From NCBI RefSeq assembly GCF_009914755.1, contig NC_060929.1: a DNA stretch of 64,000 nucleotides. One strand, written 5' to 3'. The notes beneath the pieces were generated by a model. That model was not told where the DNA came from. It searched no databases and worked only from the letters and a program-made list of their open reading frames with translations. Of the stretch, positions 52,120 to 64,000 are shown in pieces. Every line of letters begins with the position of its first letter. The first letter of the stretch is position 1. Position numbers and translations under genes: made by a program. The stretch is from the human T2T-CHM13v2.0 reference genome, Homo sapiens.

Positions 52120-52662
52120 AATAACAGGACCACGGGCACTCACATGTTCAAGTTATGTTCAGGAATCTTCCTGTTTTCTTTATGAAGCAGACCCTACCTC
52201 TCATCATAAAGCTGGAAATGCCACGTTCCCTCCATTCCAGCCTCTCTTGCAGCTATGGTGAGCCTAAATGAGCTAGACTCAGTCAATCAAACCCTTCTGC
52301 CCTAGAGTTTGAATGGGAAGTTCTGACTTGAAGAATTAGGAACCACACAGGACCCCGTTTGTGAAGGGGGTGGCACAAGGTGCGTGGCCTCTAGCTCCCA
52401 GGGGCAGCATCCAGAATTCAGCCTCAGGGATGTTGGTCATGCAAGCCACCAAATCAGTGCCAGCAGCCAAGACGGGGGTGTCTTCACAGGGCCAGTTTCG
52501 TCATGTTATTTCAAGGGTTGCTCCTGGCCCGTAGCCTCTGAATTTATTTTAGTTTCTCAGAGATTTCAGTGGGCCAACGAATGTCACTTAATCGATCCCT
52601 TTTCTGCTTGGAGGAGCCAGACTCCGTGTTTGTTGCTTACAAATGAGACCTTGACTGAGACA
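52120..52662 (+). mobile_element. old ERVL LTR (LTR33/LTR16-like)
   Basis: 'ttccagcctctcttgcagcta...' and a 3' end 'gtttgttgcttacaaatgagaccttgactgagaca'. Confidence 0.6.
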
Positions 52663-52699
52663 AGTTGTCTTGAGTTTCCAGTTGAAGTCATCCTATTCC

Positions 52700-53040
52700 C
52701 TTTCACCTTGAGGCCTTTGCACATGTCATTTCTCTCACCTGGAGCAGGCATTCACCCTCTTTTTGTGACTGGATGACTCCTACCCAGTCATCCAAGGGTC
52801 AGGCTTGAAGACTCTTCCCCTGAGAAGCCCTCCCAGATCACCCCAAATCTGGGCTCCCACACCACCCTGCATGTTCCTCTTAGTAGCATCCTGACCCTGG
52901 ATTTTACTGTTTATTTCTGTGTTTCCTCACTATTCTGTGAGCTGCATGAGGACAGAAGTGCATCTATTTCATCATTGTTAGTAGTAGTTAGTATAGTTGC
53001 CCAGCCTATTGATATTGTTGAATGAGTGGATGGATTGAAC
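52700..53040 (+). mobile_element. L2 3' fragment
   Basis: 'ggcctttgcacatg...ctgtgagctgcatgaggacag...ttgttgaatgagtggatgga'. Confidence 0.65.
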
Positions 53041-53689
53041 TCTCTTAGGCCAGAGTGATCCCCCACTATCACTGCCTGGCAGCATGGAGCAGCTTCAGTT
53101 TTTGGACTCAGGGCAATTGCCCTGTTCCAGGAAACCCCAAAATAGAGTTGCCTCATTTCACTTCTACCAGCATGTCTTGTACATCTGCTGTACGCCAGGC
53201 CCCGTGTCCTCTTACGCCCACATCCCAGATCCTGCAGGTAGAAGTGCTCACATTGCTGTGCTCCCTTTTCTCTGACCAGCCATGGAGGCCCTGGGGGCTT
53301 GGAGGAGTGGCTGCTTACTCCCTGGGGGAAGTGTGGGCTGCAAGCCCCTTGAGTGGGCAGGTTGCCATGGTGATGCTAATGGAGAGACTTGCCTGAGGAA
53401 TACTGACCACCAAAAGGAACAATTACCAGAGAAGGCCCATTTCTTTAGCAATTTTCAAGAATGGGCAAGATAAAAAGCCACAAGTGAAAAGGCATTGCAA
53501 ACAAATAATAGTGTATGAGCTGGTCTGGACCCAACAAGGCCTGTTTCCCACCCCTCTTTCCCTCTGGTTGTAGTGAATAAAGCCATACTTTTCAGTGATT
53601 TATAACTGTTCAAAAATGACTCGTTTCCATATCTTCTTTCATCTACCCAGCACCCATTATGTACCAAATGCCTAACAGACACTTAAAAT

Positions 53690-53810
53690 ATACTCTATAA
53701 TTATGAAAACAACCCTACAAGGTAATTGTTCCCGTATTACAGATGAGAACACTGAGGCTCAGGGAGTGTAAGGGACCCGTCTAGGGCTACGCAGCTGGGA
53801 AGCACATGCA
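53690..53810 (-). mobile_element. MIR
   Basis: 'aacaaccctacaaggta...ttacagatgagaacactgaggctcaggg'. Confidence 0.7.
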
Positions 53811-54319
53811 GCACTCTACTTCATGCTTAATTCAAGGAAGCGAATTCTCCTTGTGGGTTAACATCATCACAGTGGCAATTCCAGTGCCTCCATAAGAAAG
53901 TGTCCTTGGAAATGAGACACTAGCCCTCTCCTGTCTCATCTGCACAATATCCTATTGCCATCTATTTAGAAGAGAGGTAGTGAGTTGGTTCATTCATTCA
54001 TTCTCCATTTGTTCATTCATACACATTTATTACACTCAAACTTCTAGGGCAAAACCAGCAAGCCCCGTACTGGACACTTCAGACTCAAAGATAGCAACTT
54101 GCTAAGTTACAGGAGCTTCCTCATAATTGCTGAGCTTCTAAGCTCTTTGTCCCAACTCCTGAAAAGTAGCCCTCAACTTCCAAACTGTGCTTCGGGCACT
54201 GACATTCCCTGAGCTCCACACACCCTTGGACCACAGTTTTCTGAGGCCCAGATGAGCACAATGTGCAGGGCAGAGCCTGGCACTTCCAGGGCTCCAAGGA
54301 GTCCAGAGGAAAATCGGGC

Positions 54320-54545
54320 AGGTCCTGAATCAGGCTGCTGTAGGTTGAACTCCTGCCCCACTTAGCAGCTGGATGATGTGCAAATTGCTCAGCCTCTCTG
54401 TGCTTCAGTTTCCTCACCTATAACCTAGGGCTAAAAATTAGAAGCACCTACTCCATACAGCTATTGTGCTGATACAATACAATAATCCACATAAGGAACT
54501 TAGAACAGAACAGTGCCGGCGGTGTATGTTAAATGCTGAGTGGAC
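54320..54545 (+). mobile_element. MIR
   Basis: 'ccacttagcagctg...cctctctgtgcttcagtttcctcacctataa'. Confidence 0.7.
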
Positions 54546-54696
54546 ACCAGTTGGGATTAGAAGTAGCAGCATTGCCAGGTACTCCTGAGCAATGGGTCAG
54601 CTAATTCCACTCTACCCTCAGACCCCACCCTCCTTTGCAGTTCCTTCTCCTGCTTTGATAACTAGAAGCAGTCATATAGGGCCTGGGGTCTCTACT

Positions 54697-55212
54697 TGTA
54701 GGAGTTCAGTCAGGGTGGTAGGAAAAATTATAAAAATTATAGAAAGACTCAAACCTTCTTGGAAGGCCGGGAGGTTTTGCAAAAGTTTTGGGAAAGGATT
54801 TGGCTGAAGGCAGCTGAATTTTCTCAGAGTAAATAACAAGGAAGTGTAAGGGAATTAATCTAGATAAGTTAGATTACTTAGGCCTTGAAACATGGCCTTT
54901 AATCATCCATGCTCAGGACTGCTCTCTTGGGGGAAAGGATCGCCCGACCCCCCACCCCACCCTCACCCCACCCCCTGCCACCATGTTAATTACCCACAAG
55001 TGTGTTGACTCAAAGCCTTTGTCATTAAATCTGTACTGAATATATGCCCACAGCACCAGCTTGTCAAGGCTGCAGCTGCTGACTCTTTACAGCACCCTCC
55101 TCGGTGCCTGTGAGTGGCCCAGTCCCTTAGCCGTGCAGCCAGGCAAAAAATCTGTGTCTGCATACATTTTTTCATCCATCACTCAGCCAGGGTCTGCGGG
55201 TTGGACCCCGCA
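54697..55212 (+). mobile_element. LTR22-type solo LTR (HERV-K22/HML-5)
   Basis: 'tgtaggagttcagtcagggtggt...aaaccttcttggaaggccgggagg...ctcagccagggtctgcgggttggaccccgca'; perfect 6-bp flanking repeat tctact. Confidence 0.88.
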
Positions 55213-55857
55213 TCTACTCACAAATCAAGATGTTCAGTTCCGCCACCCACCCCTGTCTGTCTTCCTTTCTCACAGTCACTCTGTAGGTGTATCCTGAAAA
55301 TGTAAATCAGACCACAGCATTCCCTAGCTGAAAACCCTTCCGTGGCTCCCTATTACTCACCATAGGCTAAATTCCGCCCAGACTCCTCTGAAGGGCTTGC
55401 AAGGCCTCCTGTGTTCTAGCTCCTGCCTGCTATCCACCCACACCCCTCATTCCTGCCCCTGTAAACCCCTTGTAGCTCTCACATCTCAAGAATTAAAGAT
55501 TTGACCCAGTTGCTCCGACCACCTCCGCCCCGATCCCCAGAAACAGTTTCCCCCTTCTCTTTCTCTGGCCAACTTCTATCGGTTTTCAGAATGTCTCCCC
55601 TGGCCACGCAGGATCCCTTCCATTTTGAGGCTGATAAAATCCTGCGGATCGCAAGCTGAGCGCTCATCACACCCCATCGTGATTATCTCCCCTGCAAGGC
55701 CAGGGGCTTTGAGAGGGTGGGACTGTGGCTGACACGTTCAGTGCTCCAGTCCCATCACCTGACACTTGCCATAGAGAAGGTGCTTAGTATTTAGAAGAGT
55801 GTGTGCGATTACCGAGAGCATGGATATGAAGAAGGGGATCACAACCTTGAAAAAGTT

Positions 55858-56385
55858 TGTTGCTGAGAAAGAGGCAAGCAGCCCCAACTGACGGGAGCTG
55901 GCCTGGTCCTCACAGTTTGTCTCCTGTTGAACAATTTCACAGAACATTGACATCAGACAAGGCTATTCTGACTGTGTTGGAGCAAGACAAAATCGAGAGC
56001 ACTTCGTAGTCATGTCTAAACGCAGATAAAACAAGAACATTGTCTAAACCACAAAAATGACCAGACATCCCGCTTTTTTGGGCTAATGGGAGTAACTGTT
56101 TACCAATGTTTATAATGTTGGCCCTGCACTAGTCCTTCTACCTTATAGATAAGATTATAGGTACCCAATTATAGAATGATTCCTACTGCCTGATGGCATC
56201 CAATTGAACCCTCCCTAGTCACTTAACACAAGCCCCCATCCTTTTGTAAGTTCTTCGTAACACCCTCTCACAAAGACCCCTCACTGTTCCCCACAGTGCA
56301 CAATCTCCTTGCTGCAATGAGCCAATAAACCCAGCTCCGTTCAACTGCAGGTGTGTTCCTGGTCTTTGGCTAAAGGGCATTGACA
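55858..56385 (+). mobile_element. ERV1 LTR (MER67-like; subfamily uncertain)
   Basis: 'ggagctggcctgg...aacaatttcacagaac...catcagacaagg...gcaatgagccaataaaccc...ggcattgaca'. Confidence 0.65.
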
Positions 56386-56556
56386 CCACCCATTTCCCAG
56401 AAACCTGAACTTGCAAAAAAAAAAAAATACCTAATTAAACAATTTCTGCAAGCTAATTGATAGTGAGAAATGTATTTCTGATAGGGAGCATCAGCTGGAG
56501 TAGACAACTTTGTACATACTATATGTTTTCCGGACAGTTGCTTCAGCTTCTCCTGC

Positions 56557-56558
<2 letters not shown>

Positions 56559-56611
<53 letters not shown>
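56559..56611. repeat. (TG)n microsatellite
   Basis: About 26 uninterrupted TG units. Confidence 0.98.
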
Positions 56612-56615
<4 letters not shown>

Positions 56616-58369
56616 AGGGGGAAGATGCAAGCTTTGCTGTCCTGGGTGTCCGTGACTGGGCATGTCTCATCTGGAAAGAGATCAGCTAATATTCCTTGAG
56701 AAAAAGAATGTTATCACTGGATGATTACATCTGCTTCCAGAGAGGTAAGAGCATGCAGCATGGAGCAGACACTCTCTATCCCAGGAGCTGCCCTGCCCAG
56801 GCCTGGGCTGGTGGCTATTGTCATGGAGTGGTAACTGTAAGGCCATCCTCATAAGTCCTGCTGATATCACTCCAATCCATGGACACCCCTGTGACTCCGT
56901 CTCCATTCCTCAGGCCTGCTTCCCATGGAAAGACCCAGAGGGAAACGTGGTTGGTGGCATTGGGGACTGAGAACAGAACAAAATTCAGGCTTTGAGTGTG
57001 GATTAGAGACGCACTGTGTGGTGCTTGCATCACCTCTGACAGTGGTTGGGTAATGGGCTGAATCACCCAATGGAGACAGAATGCCAACAGATGTTAGTTG
57101 AGGAGGATGATTAATCTCCTTCTTCGAAAACTCAGAGAATCTTTATTGGCAACGTTGAAGTCAAGATAGGGCTTCTCCTTAGCAACCGGAAAGCGCCTAG
57201 TGTGCATGGCTACAGAATTCAATATGAAACTCAGATGATGAAGGTAGCCATGGGCACCTCTGATTGCCCATTGTAAATTTCTGCCTGGAATGAGGGCTGG
57301 GGCCTCATAAATGTCAACAAAAGCTGGTGATGGGTCCAGAGAGGGATGTTAGGCCAGCCTTGATGGATGAGGAAGTTTCATTTAGGGGCTCCTGTCACTT
57401 CCCATCTTCAGGCCAAGCTGACATCCATGGCTGTAAAATTGTCACCCTTCTCCTTTGCCTCTCAGGAAAGCAAAACTTCTTTACGACACTTTTAATCAAA
57501 TCTGTCTTTTGCCACTTCTCTCCCCACCCTGCTCCCTCTGCCTTTATCCTGACAAAGAAGCGAACTGTTACTCTCTGTCAGTTATTTGTCTGAGTAATTT
57601 CTTGATGAAATTGCAAATATAATTGAATTTTCTGAAAACCAGGAATTCAAATGAGGCGACAACAGAGGAAACAGCGTGATTAAGGAATTGTTATTCACTT
57701 GTTGTACATCATTACCACCCAGAATTCATCGCTGGATCGTTCACAGATGGAGTTGCTGAACTATGATTATATTTTAGAAAATGAAGGGGGAAAAATCTAA
57801 AAAGGCAATAAAACATATTAGAAGCCTTCTTGAGGAACAGGATTATTACTGATTAAGTATATTTTGCATGAAAAATGTGCTAGCACTTTGGCAGTTTAAA
57901 TTATACGTCCGTGCAGTCAACATTTTTGCTGGTCTCAAAATTCTTTGTTAGTTTGGTCTTCTAATCACATTCCTCTTCACCCTCCAAATTGACGACTTGA
58001 AAGAACATTAGAAATGATCATTCCTGAAGGAGCATTTGCTCTCAAAATGCATTTACGCTCAGCAGCCATTAAAAGGATATCATCCAGTCACTTAGTTTCT
58101 CAATTTAACTTTAAAGGAAAGTTGCCTTATTAGAGAAGTGGCCTCTATTTCAATGTAATGGTCTTTGTCACATCTTCCAATGTGCTGGCTTAGTGCTGAA
58201 GGATGGGGAAAGGCAGTTTTCACATATTGCAGCCACCATACCACCAAAGAAAACAGGTGCACTTCCAGGCATCATTTAGCGGGGTACCACATTCCTGGTT
58301 CCAGTTTCCTTTTTAGAAAATCTGAAAGTAACTTTGGGGCATATCTTTTAAGGAGTACTCCAACACGAC

Positions 58370-58924
58370 TAGTGGACAGACCCTAAATTAATTGCCAATC
58401 AGCTCTGCCTTCTGGTATTTACACCTTTATGTAATAACCTCCACTTGAAGGTAGATGAGATCTGTGACTTGCTTCTAACCAGTGGAATATGGCGGAGGTG
58501 GTGGGACGTTACTCCTGTGATTACATTACATCATGTGGCTCCTTTATGATGGAAGATTCATGCTAGAGATTCTCCTTGCTGACTTGACAAAGTATGTAAC
58601 CATGATGAAGACTTCCACGTGGCAAGGAGCTGTGGGAAGCCCAGGTGCTGAGACTGGCATCCAGCAAACACCCAGCAAGAAACAGACGTCCTTGGTTCTA
58701 CACATACAGGAAATGAATTCTGCCAACATCCTGAGTAAGGCTGGAACTAGATTCTCCCCAAGTTGAGCCTGACAAGTAAAATACAGACCAGCCAACACCT
58801 TGATTGCAGTCTTGTGAGACCTGGGGAAAAGGACACAGCTGAACCGTGTCCATTCTTCTGACCCACAGAAACTGTCACATCATAAAGGTATGTTAGTTGT
58901 TACACAGTTTAGAAAACTATTACA
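58370..58924 (+). mobile_element. MaLR LTR (MLT1F-like)
   Basis: 'ctgtgacttgcttctaaccagtggaatatggc...aaatgaattctgccaac...ttctgacccacagaaactgt...gaaaactattaca'. Confidence 0.8.
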
Positions 58925-60102
58925 GCTGCTCAAGAAGGTTAGCTAGCTCCAGATTTCAATCCATTCACAGGAAAGCAAGCTTTATTCCTAGAAGAATAAT
59001 TCATGCTTTGCAAAAAGAGGAAAACGTCCTGCAGTTTTAGAAGGTCTTTTCTTTCTCAACACACCCAAATTTCTTTAAAATCCTCAAGAAGTGCATTTGT
59101 TTTCATGGTTGACTCGAAGAAGTGAGTATAATTAACTCACAAAAGGTGGGAGGAAGGGACAAATTAAATTTTGGTATGCATACAGGTAGCTTCTTCCAAG
59201 TGATAATGAGCAATGTGAAACAAAGAGATTGGCATTAAATGTAATGAAGGACTAGAGGAGTGTACCTAAACCTGAAACAAATTCCAAGAAGTGGCCTTGA
59301 CCTAAAATGTTTGCATCCTGCCAGAGACCCTTACTTATAAGTCAGGAGATACCTGATGCCCAGGAGAACTGGTTTTTGTACTCTGTCTTACACAGACTAA
59401 GAATTAAGAATGCAGGTGAGAAGTTTAGAAAACTTCCTGATGATCATATGAAAAGACATTAAACTTTACCTGGTAAAACTATGAAATGTTGCCTGTAGAT
59501 TTCTAAGAAAAATGAGTAGGAAGTTGGAAATATTTCAGAATTAAGAATGTTTTTATATAATTAGAACTCTTTAAGCTATGTAATTCTGAAATCTGTGTGA
59601 CAGACTTCTGTGTAAACATAAAGAACTAGTTATTTTTACAGATTATCTAGTCTGTGTATTCATTTGATGTTTCTATTACTTTTACCCTCACTACAAAGTT
59701 CAATGAAGGTTAAAAAAATATTGTTCTTAAAAAAAGAAGAGATAAACCTGGAGTAGCTATTTCAATGTTAGACAAAATGGATTTTAAAACAAAAATGTTA
59801 ATACAGATAGAAAGGGACATTTTATAATAATAAAAGTATCAAAATATCAGGAAGATACCACAATTATAAACAAATATGCTCCTAAAAATAGAATCTCAAA
59901 ATACATAAAACAAAAACTGACAAAGTTGAAGGGATAAATAAATAGGCAGCTCAGCAATATTTAGAAACTTCAATACCTCACTTTCAATAATGGATAGAAC
60001 AACTAGACATAAGATCAACAAGAAAATAGAATATTTTAACAAAGCTATACACCAACTAGGCCTAATGGATATCTATAGAATAATCCACCCAACAACAGAA
60101 GT

Positions 60103-60345
60103 CTTCCTCCTCCTACTTCTCCTCCTCCTCCCCTTCCCCTTCCCCTTCCCCTTCTTCTTCTTCCTTCTTCTCTTTCTCCTTCTCCTTCTTCTTCTTCTTC
60201 AACAGGATCTTACTCTGTTGCCCAGGCTAGAGTGCAGTGGTGTGATCATGGCTCACTGCAGCCTCAACTTCCCAGGCTCAGGTGATACATGGGCCTCAGC
60301 TTCCCAAAGTGCTGGGATTATAGGCACAAGCCACATGCCTGGCCC
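60103..60345 (-). mobile_element. monomeric Alu with a tail expanded into a (CCT/CTT)n polypyrimidine tract
   Basis: 60200-60345 joins a left-arm 5' end to a right-arm 3' end; 60103-60199 is an almost pure pyrimidine triplet tract. Confidence 0.85.
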
Positions 60346-60687
60346 ACATATTCTTCTTAAGTACACATCAAACATTCTGTAGAATAGACCATATGCTAGG
60401 CCACAAAACAAGCTTCGATAATTTAAAAGGACTGAAATTATACACAATCTGTTCCTTGGCCACAAAGAATAAAATTAGAAAGAACTTTTGGAAACTCACA
60501 ACTATATAGAAATTAACATACCCATAAGTAACCAATTGGTTGAAGAAGAAATCACAAAATAAATGAGAAAATACTTTGAGATGAATGAAAATTAAGACAC
60601 AACATATAAAAATTTATGCAATATAGCTAAAGCAATGCTTAGAGGGAAATTTATAGCTCCACATACCTACATTAAAAATGGAGAAAG

Positions 60688-61336
60688 TTACACTGTTGGT
60701 GGGACTGTAAATTAGTTCAACCACTGTGGAAGACAATATGGCGATTCCTCAAGGATCTAGAACCAGAAATACCATTTGACCCAGCAATCCCATTACTGGG
60801 TATACACCCAAAGGATTATAAATCATTCTACTATAAAGACACATGCATACATATATTTATTGAGGCACTATTTCCAATGGCAAAGACTTGGAACCAACCC
60901 AAATGCCCATCAATGATAGACTGGACAAAGAAAATGTGGCACATATACACCATGGAATACTATGCAGCCATAAAAAAGAATGAGTTTATGTCCTTTGCAG
61001 GGACATAGATGAAGCTGGAAGCCATCATTCTCAGCAAACTGACACAGGAACAGATAAACAAACACCACATATTCTCACTCATAAGTGGGAGTTGAACAAT
61101 GAGTACACATGGACACAGGGAGGGGAACATCACACACCGGGGCCTGTCGGAGGGTGGGGGGCAAGTGGAGGGAGAGCATTAGGACAAATACCTCATGCAT
61201 ATGGGGTTTAAAACCTAGATGACAGGTTGATAGGTGCAGCAAACCACCATGGCACATGTATACCTGTGTAACAAACCTGCACATTCTGCACATGTATCCC
61301 CAAACTTAGAGTAAAATTTTTTTAAAAAAAGAAAAA
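60688..61336 (+). mobile_element. 5'-truncated L1PA (about L1PA7-8) 3' end
   Basis: 'ttacactgttggtgggactgtaaattagttcaacc...gcaaaccaccatggcacatgtatacctgtgtaacaaacctgcac' with an A-rich tail. Confidence 0.93.
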
Positions 61337-61469
61337 ACATCTCATATCAATAAGCTAGACTTCTATCTTAAGACGCTAGGGGAAAAGCAGCAAACTAATC
61401 CTAAAGCAAGCAGAAGGAAGACAATAATGAAAGTGGAAATTAATGAAATTGAGGACAGAAAAACAATAG

Positions 61470-61842
<373 letters not shown>

Positions 61843-62573
61843 GGTTATTTCAAAAGATGAGCAAAAGTGACAAGCTTTTAGCTAAACTGACCAAGAAAAA
61901 AAGAATACTTAAATTACCATAATCAGGAAAGAATGAGAGAACATTACTACCAACCTCATAGATACAAAAAGTATAGAGGAATACAACAAGCCAATTGATA
62001 TGCCAACAAATTAAATTACAAATGAAATGGACAAATTCTTAGAAAGACACAAACTACAAAAACTGACTCAAGTAGAAATAGAAAATCTAAATAGGTATTT
62101 AAAAAAGATTATTAAACTGAGAGCTGAAGACAGGGCAGCAAAACTGCAGGGGCCACCACCACCACCACCACATGTCAGGAAGAGTACGGAGAGGCCCTGG
62201 AGGGGCATAACGACTGCAGGAATAAATTAGGAGAGCCAAGAGAACCCACAGACCCTCTGAAGGAAGTGGATTGCTCCTGCAGGACCTGGGAGACACCCCA
62301 AATACTGTGCTGGTATCTGTGGCTGAGAAACCCACAGATGGTTTGCATCACAGGACTCTGTACAGACAACCCCCAGTACCAGCCTGGAACCTGGTAGACA
62401 TCCTGGGTGGCTAGATCCAGAAGAGAGATAACAATCACTACAGCTCGGCTCTCAGGAAGCCACATCCCGAGGAAAAGGGGGAGAGTAATACATCAAGGGA
62501 ACACCCCATGGGACAAAAGAATCTGAACAACAGCCTCGAGCCCTAGGCCTTCCATCTGACAGACACTACACAA

Positions 62574-63594
62574 ATGAGGAGGAACCAGAAACCCAACTCT
62601 AGTAATATGACAAAACAAGGTTCCTTAATACCCCCCAAAAAATCACACTAGGTCACCAGCAATGGATGCAAACCAAGAAGAAATCCCTGTTTCACCTGAA
62701 AAAGAATTCAGAAGGTTAGTTATTAAGCTAATCAGGAAGGCACCAGTGAAAGGCAAAGTCCAACTTAAGGAAATCAAAAAAATGATACAACAGGTGAAGG
62801 GAGAGATTTTCAATGAAATAGATAGCATAAATAAAAAACAATCAAAACTTCAGGAAACAATGGACACAGTTATAGAAATGCAAAAGGCTCTGGAAACTCT
62901 CAGCAATAGAATTGAACACGCTGAAGAAAGAACTTCAGAGCTCAAAGACAAGGTTTTAGAATGAACCCAATCCAAAAAAGACAAAGGAAAAATTATAAGA
63001 AAATATGAACAAAGCCTCCAATAAGTCTGGGATTATATTAAATGGCCAAACCTAAGAATAATTGGCATTCCTGAGGAAGAAGAGAAATCTAAAAGTTTGG
63101 AAAACATATTCGGGGGAATAATCAAGGAAAACTCCCCCAGCCTTGCTAGAGCCCTAGACATCCAAATACAAGAGGCTCAAAGAACACCTGGGAAATTCAT
63201 TGCAAAAAGATCATTACTTAGACACATTGTCATCAGGTTATCTAAAGTTAAGATGAAGGAAAGAATCTTAAGAGCTGTGAGGCAAAAGCACCAGGTAATC
63301 TATAAAGGGAAACCTATCAGATTAACAGCAGATTTCTCAGCCAAAACCCTACAAGCTAGAAGGGATTGGGGCCCTATCTTCAGCCTCCTTAAACAAAACA
63401 ATTATCAGCCAAGAATTTTGTAGCCAGTGAAACTAAGCTTTATAAATGAAGGAAAGATACAGTCTTTTTCAGATAAACAAATGCTGAGAGAATTCACCAC
63501 TACCAAGTCAGCACTACAAGAACTACTAAAAGGAGCTCTAAACCTTCAATCAAATCCTGGAAACACATCAAAACAGAACGTCTTTAAGGCATAA
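62574..63594 (+). pseudogene. L1 ORF1 remnant with stops and frameshifts
   Basis: ATG at 62574; ORF1p-like peptides are split among short ORFs (62662-62964, 63097-63423); the 3' boundary is approximate. Confidence 0.85.
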
Positions 63595-63668
63595 ATCTCA
63601 CAGAAACTATAAAACAAAAATACAATTAAGACAACAACAAAAAACAAGGTATACGGACAACAAATAGC

Positions 63669-64000
63669 ATGAAGAATGTAATGGTACCTCACACCTCAAT
63701 ACTAACATTGAATGTAAATGGCCTACATGCTCCACTTAAAAGATACAGAATTGCAGAATGGCTAAGAATTCACCAACCAGCTATCTGCTGCCTTCAAGAG
63801 ACTCACCTAACACATAAGGACACAAATAAACTTAAGGTAAAGGGGTGGAAAAGACATTCTATGCAAATGGAGTAACTATTCTTATATCAGACAAAACAAA
63901 TTTTAGAGCAACAGCAGTTAAAAAAGACAAAGAGGGACATTATATAATGATAAAAGGCCTTGACCAACAAGAAAATATCACAATCCTAAATATATATGCA
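63669..64000 (+). pseudogene. L1 ORF2 endonuclease N-terminus remnant
   Basis: TLNVNGL and CLQETH APE-endonuclease motifs; the frame is broken at about 63855-63875. Confidence 0.85.

Larger units (their letters stand above)
62115..64000 (+). mobile_element. L1PB-type element: part of 5'UTR, decayed ORF1 and start of ORF2; continues past the window
   Basis: 'gaaccagaaacccaactctagtaatatgacaaaacaagg' L1PB-like ORF1 start; peptides ...IQIQEAQRTPGK...PIRLTADFS... (ORF1) and ...SILTLNVNGLHAPLKRYR...ICCLQETHL (ORF2 endonuclease). Confidence 0.93.

Noticed and set aside
62574-64000. Active L1 or intact ORF1/ORF2
   Set aside because: Multiple stops and frameshifts; old L1PB-type sequence.

Overview
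This window looks like primate, very probably human, non-coding genomic DNA, either intergenic or intronic. The evidence is its Alu J/S/Y, L1PA/L1PB, THE1, MER4-group and LTR22 elements. I cannot support any cellular protein-coding gene, RNA gene or CRISPR array, and I cannot name the locus. The supplied ORFs are chance or repeat-derived, except for decayed L1 ORF1/ORF2 remnants at the right end. A large part of the window is interspersed repeat: solo LTRs with target-site duplications (TSDs), MaLRs, Alus, MIR/L2, DNA-transposon MITEs and a nested L1 pile at 59.7-64 kb. Subfamily names come from recalled consensus sequences and need RepeatMasker confirmation. The most unusual structures not explained by repeats are: (1) a ~209-bp, ~93%-identical inverted duplication of apparently unique DNA around a 678-bp spacer (47510-48604); (2) a template-switch-like scar made of an 11-bp hairpin, a 22-bp duplication and an insert copied from 1.2 kb downstream (51962-52036, donor 53170-53198); (3) a 43-44-bp variant-repeat minisatellite; (4) a compact ETS-palindrome/RUNX/GC-box module; (5) strong CTCF-like motifs; (6) a switch in LTR/L1 orientation bias across the window. 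I found no convincing new multi-gene system.
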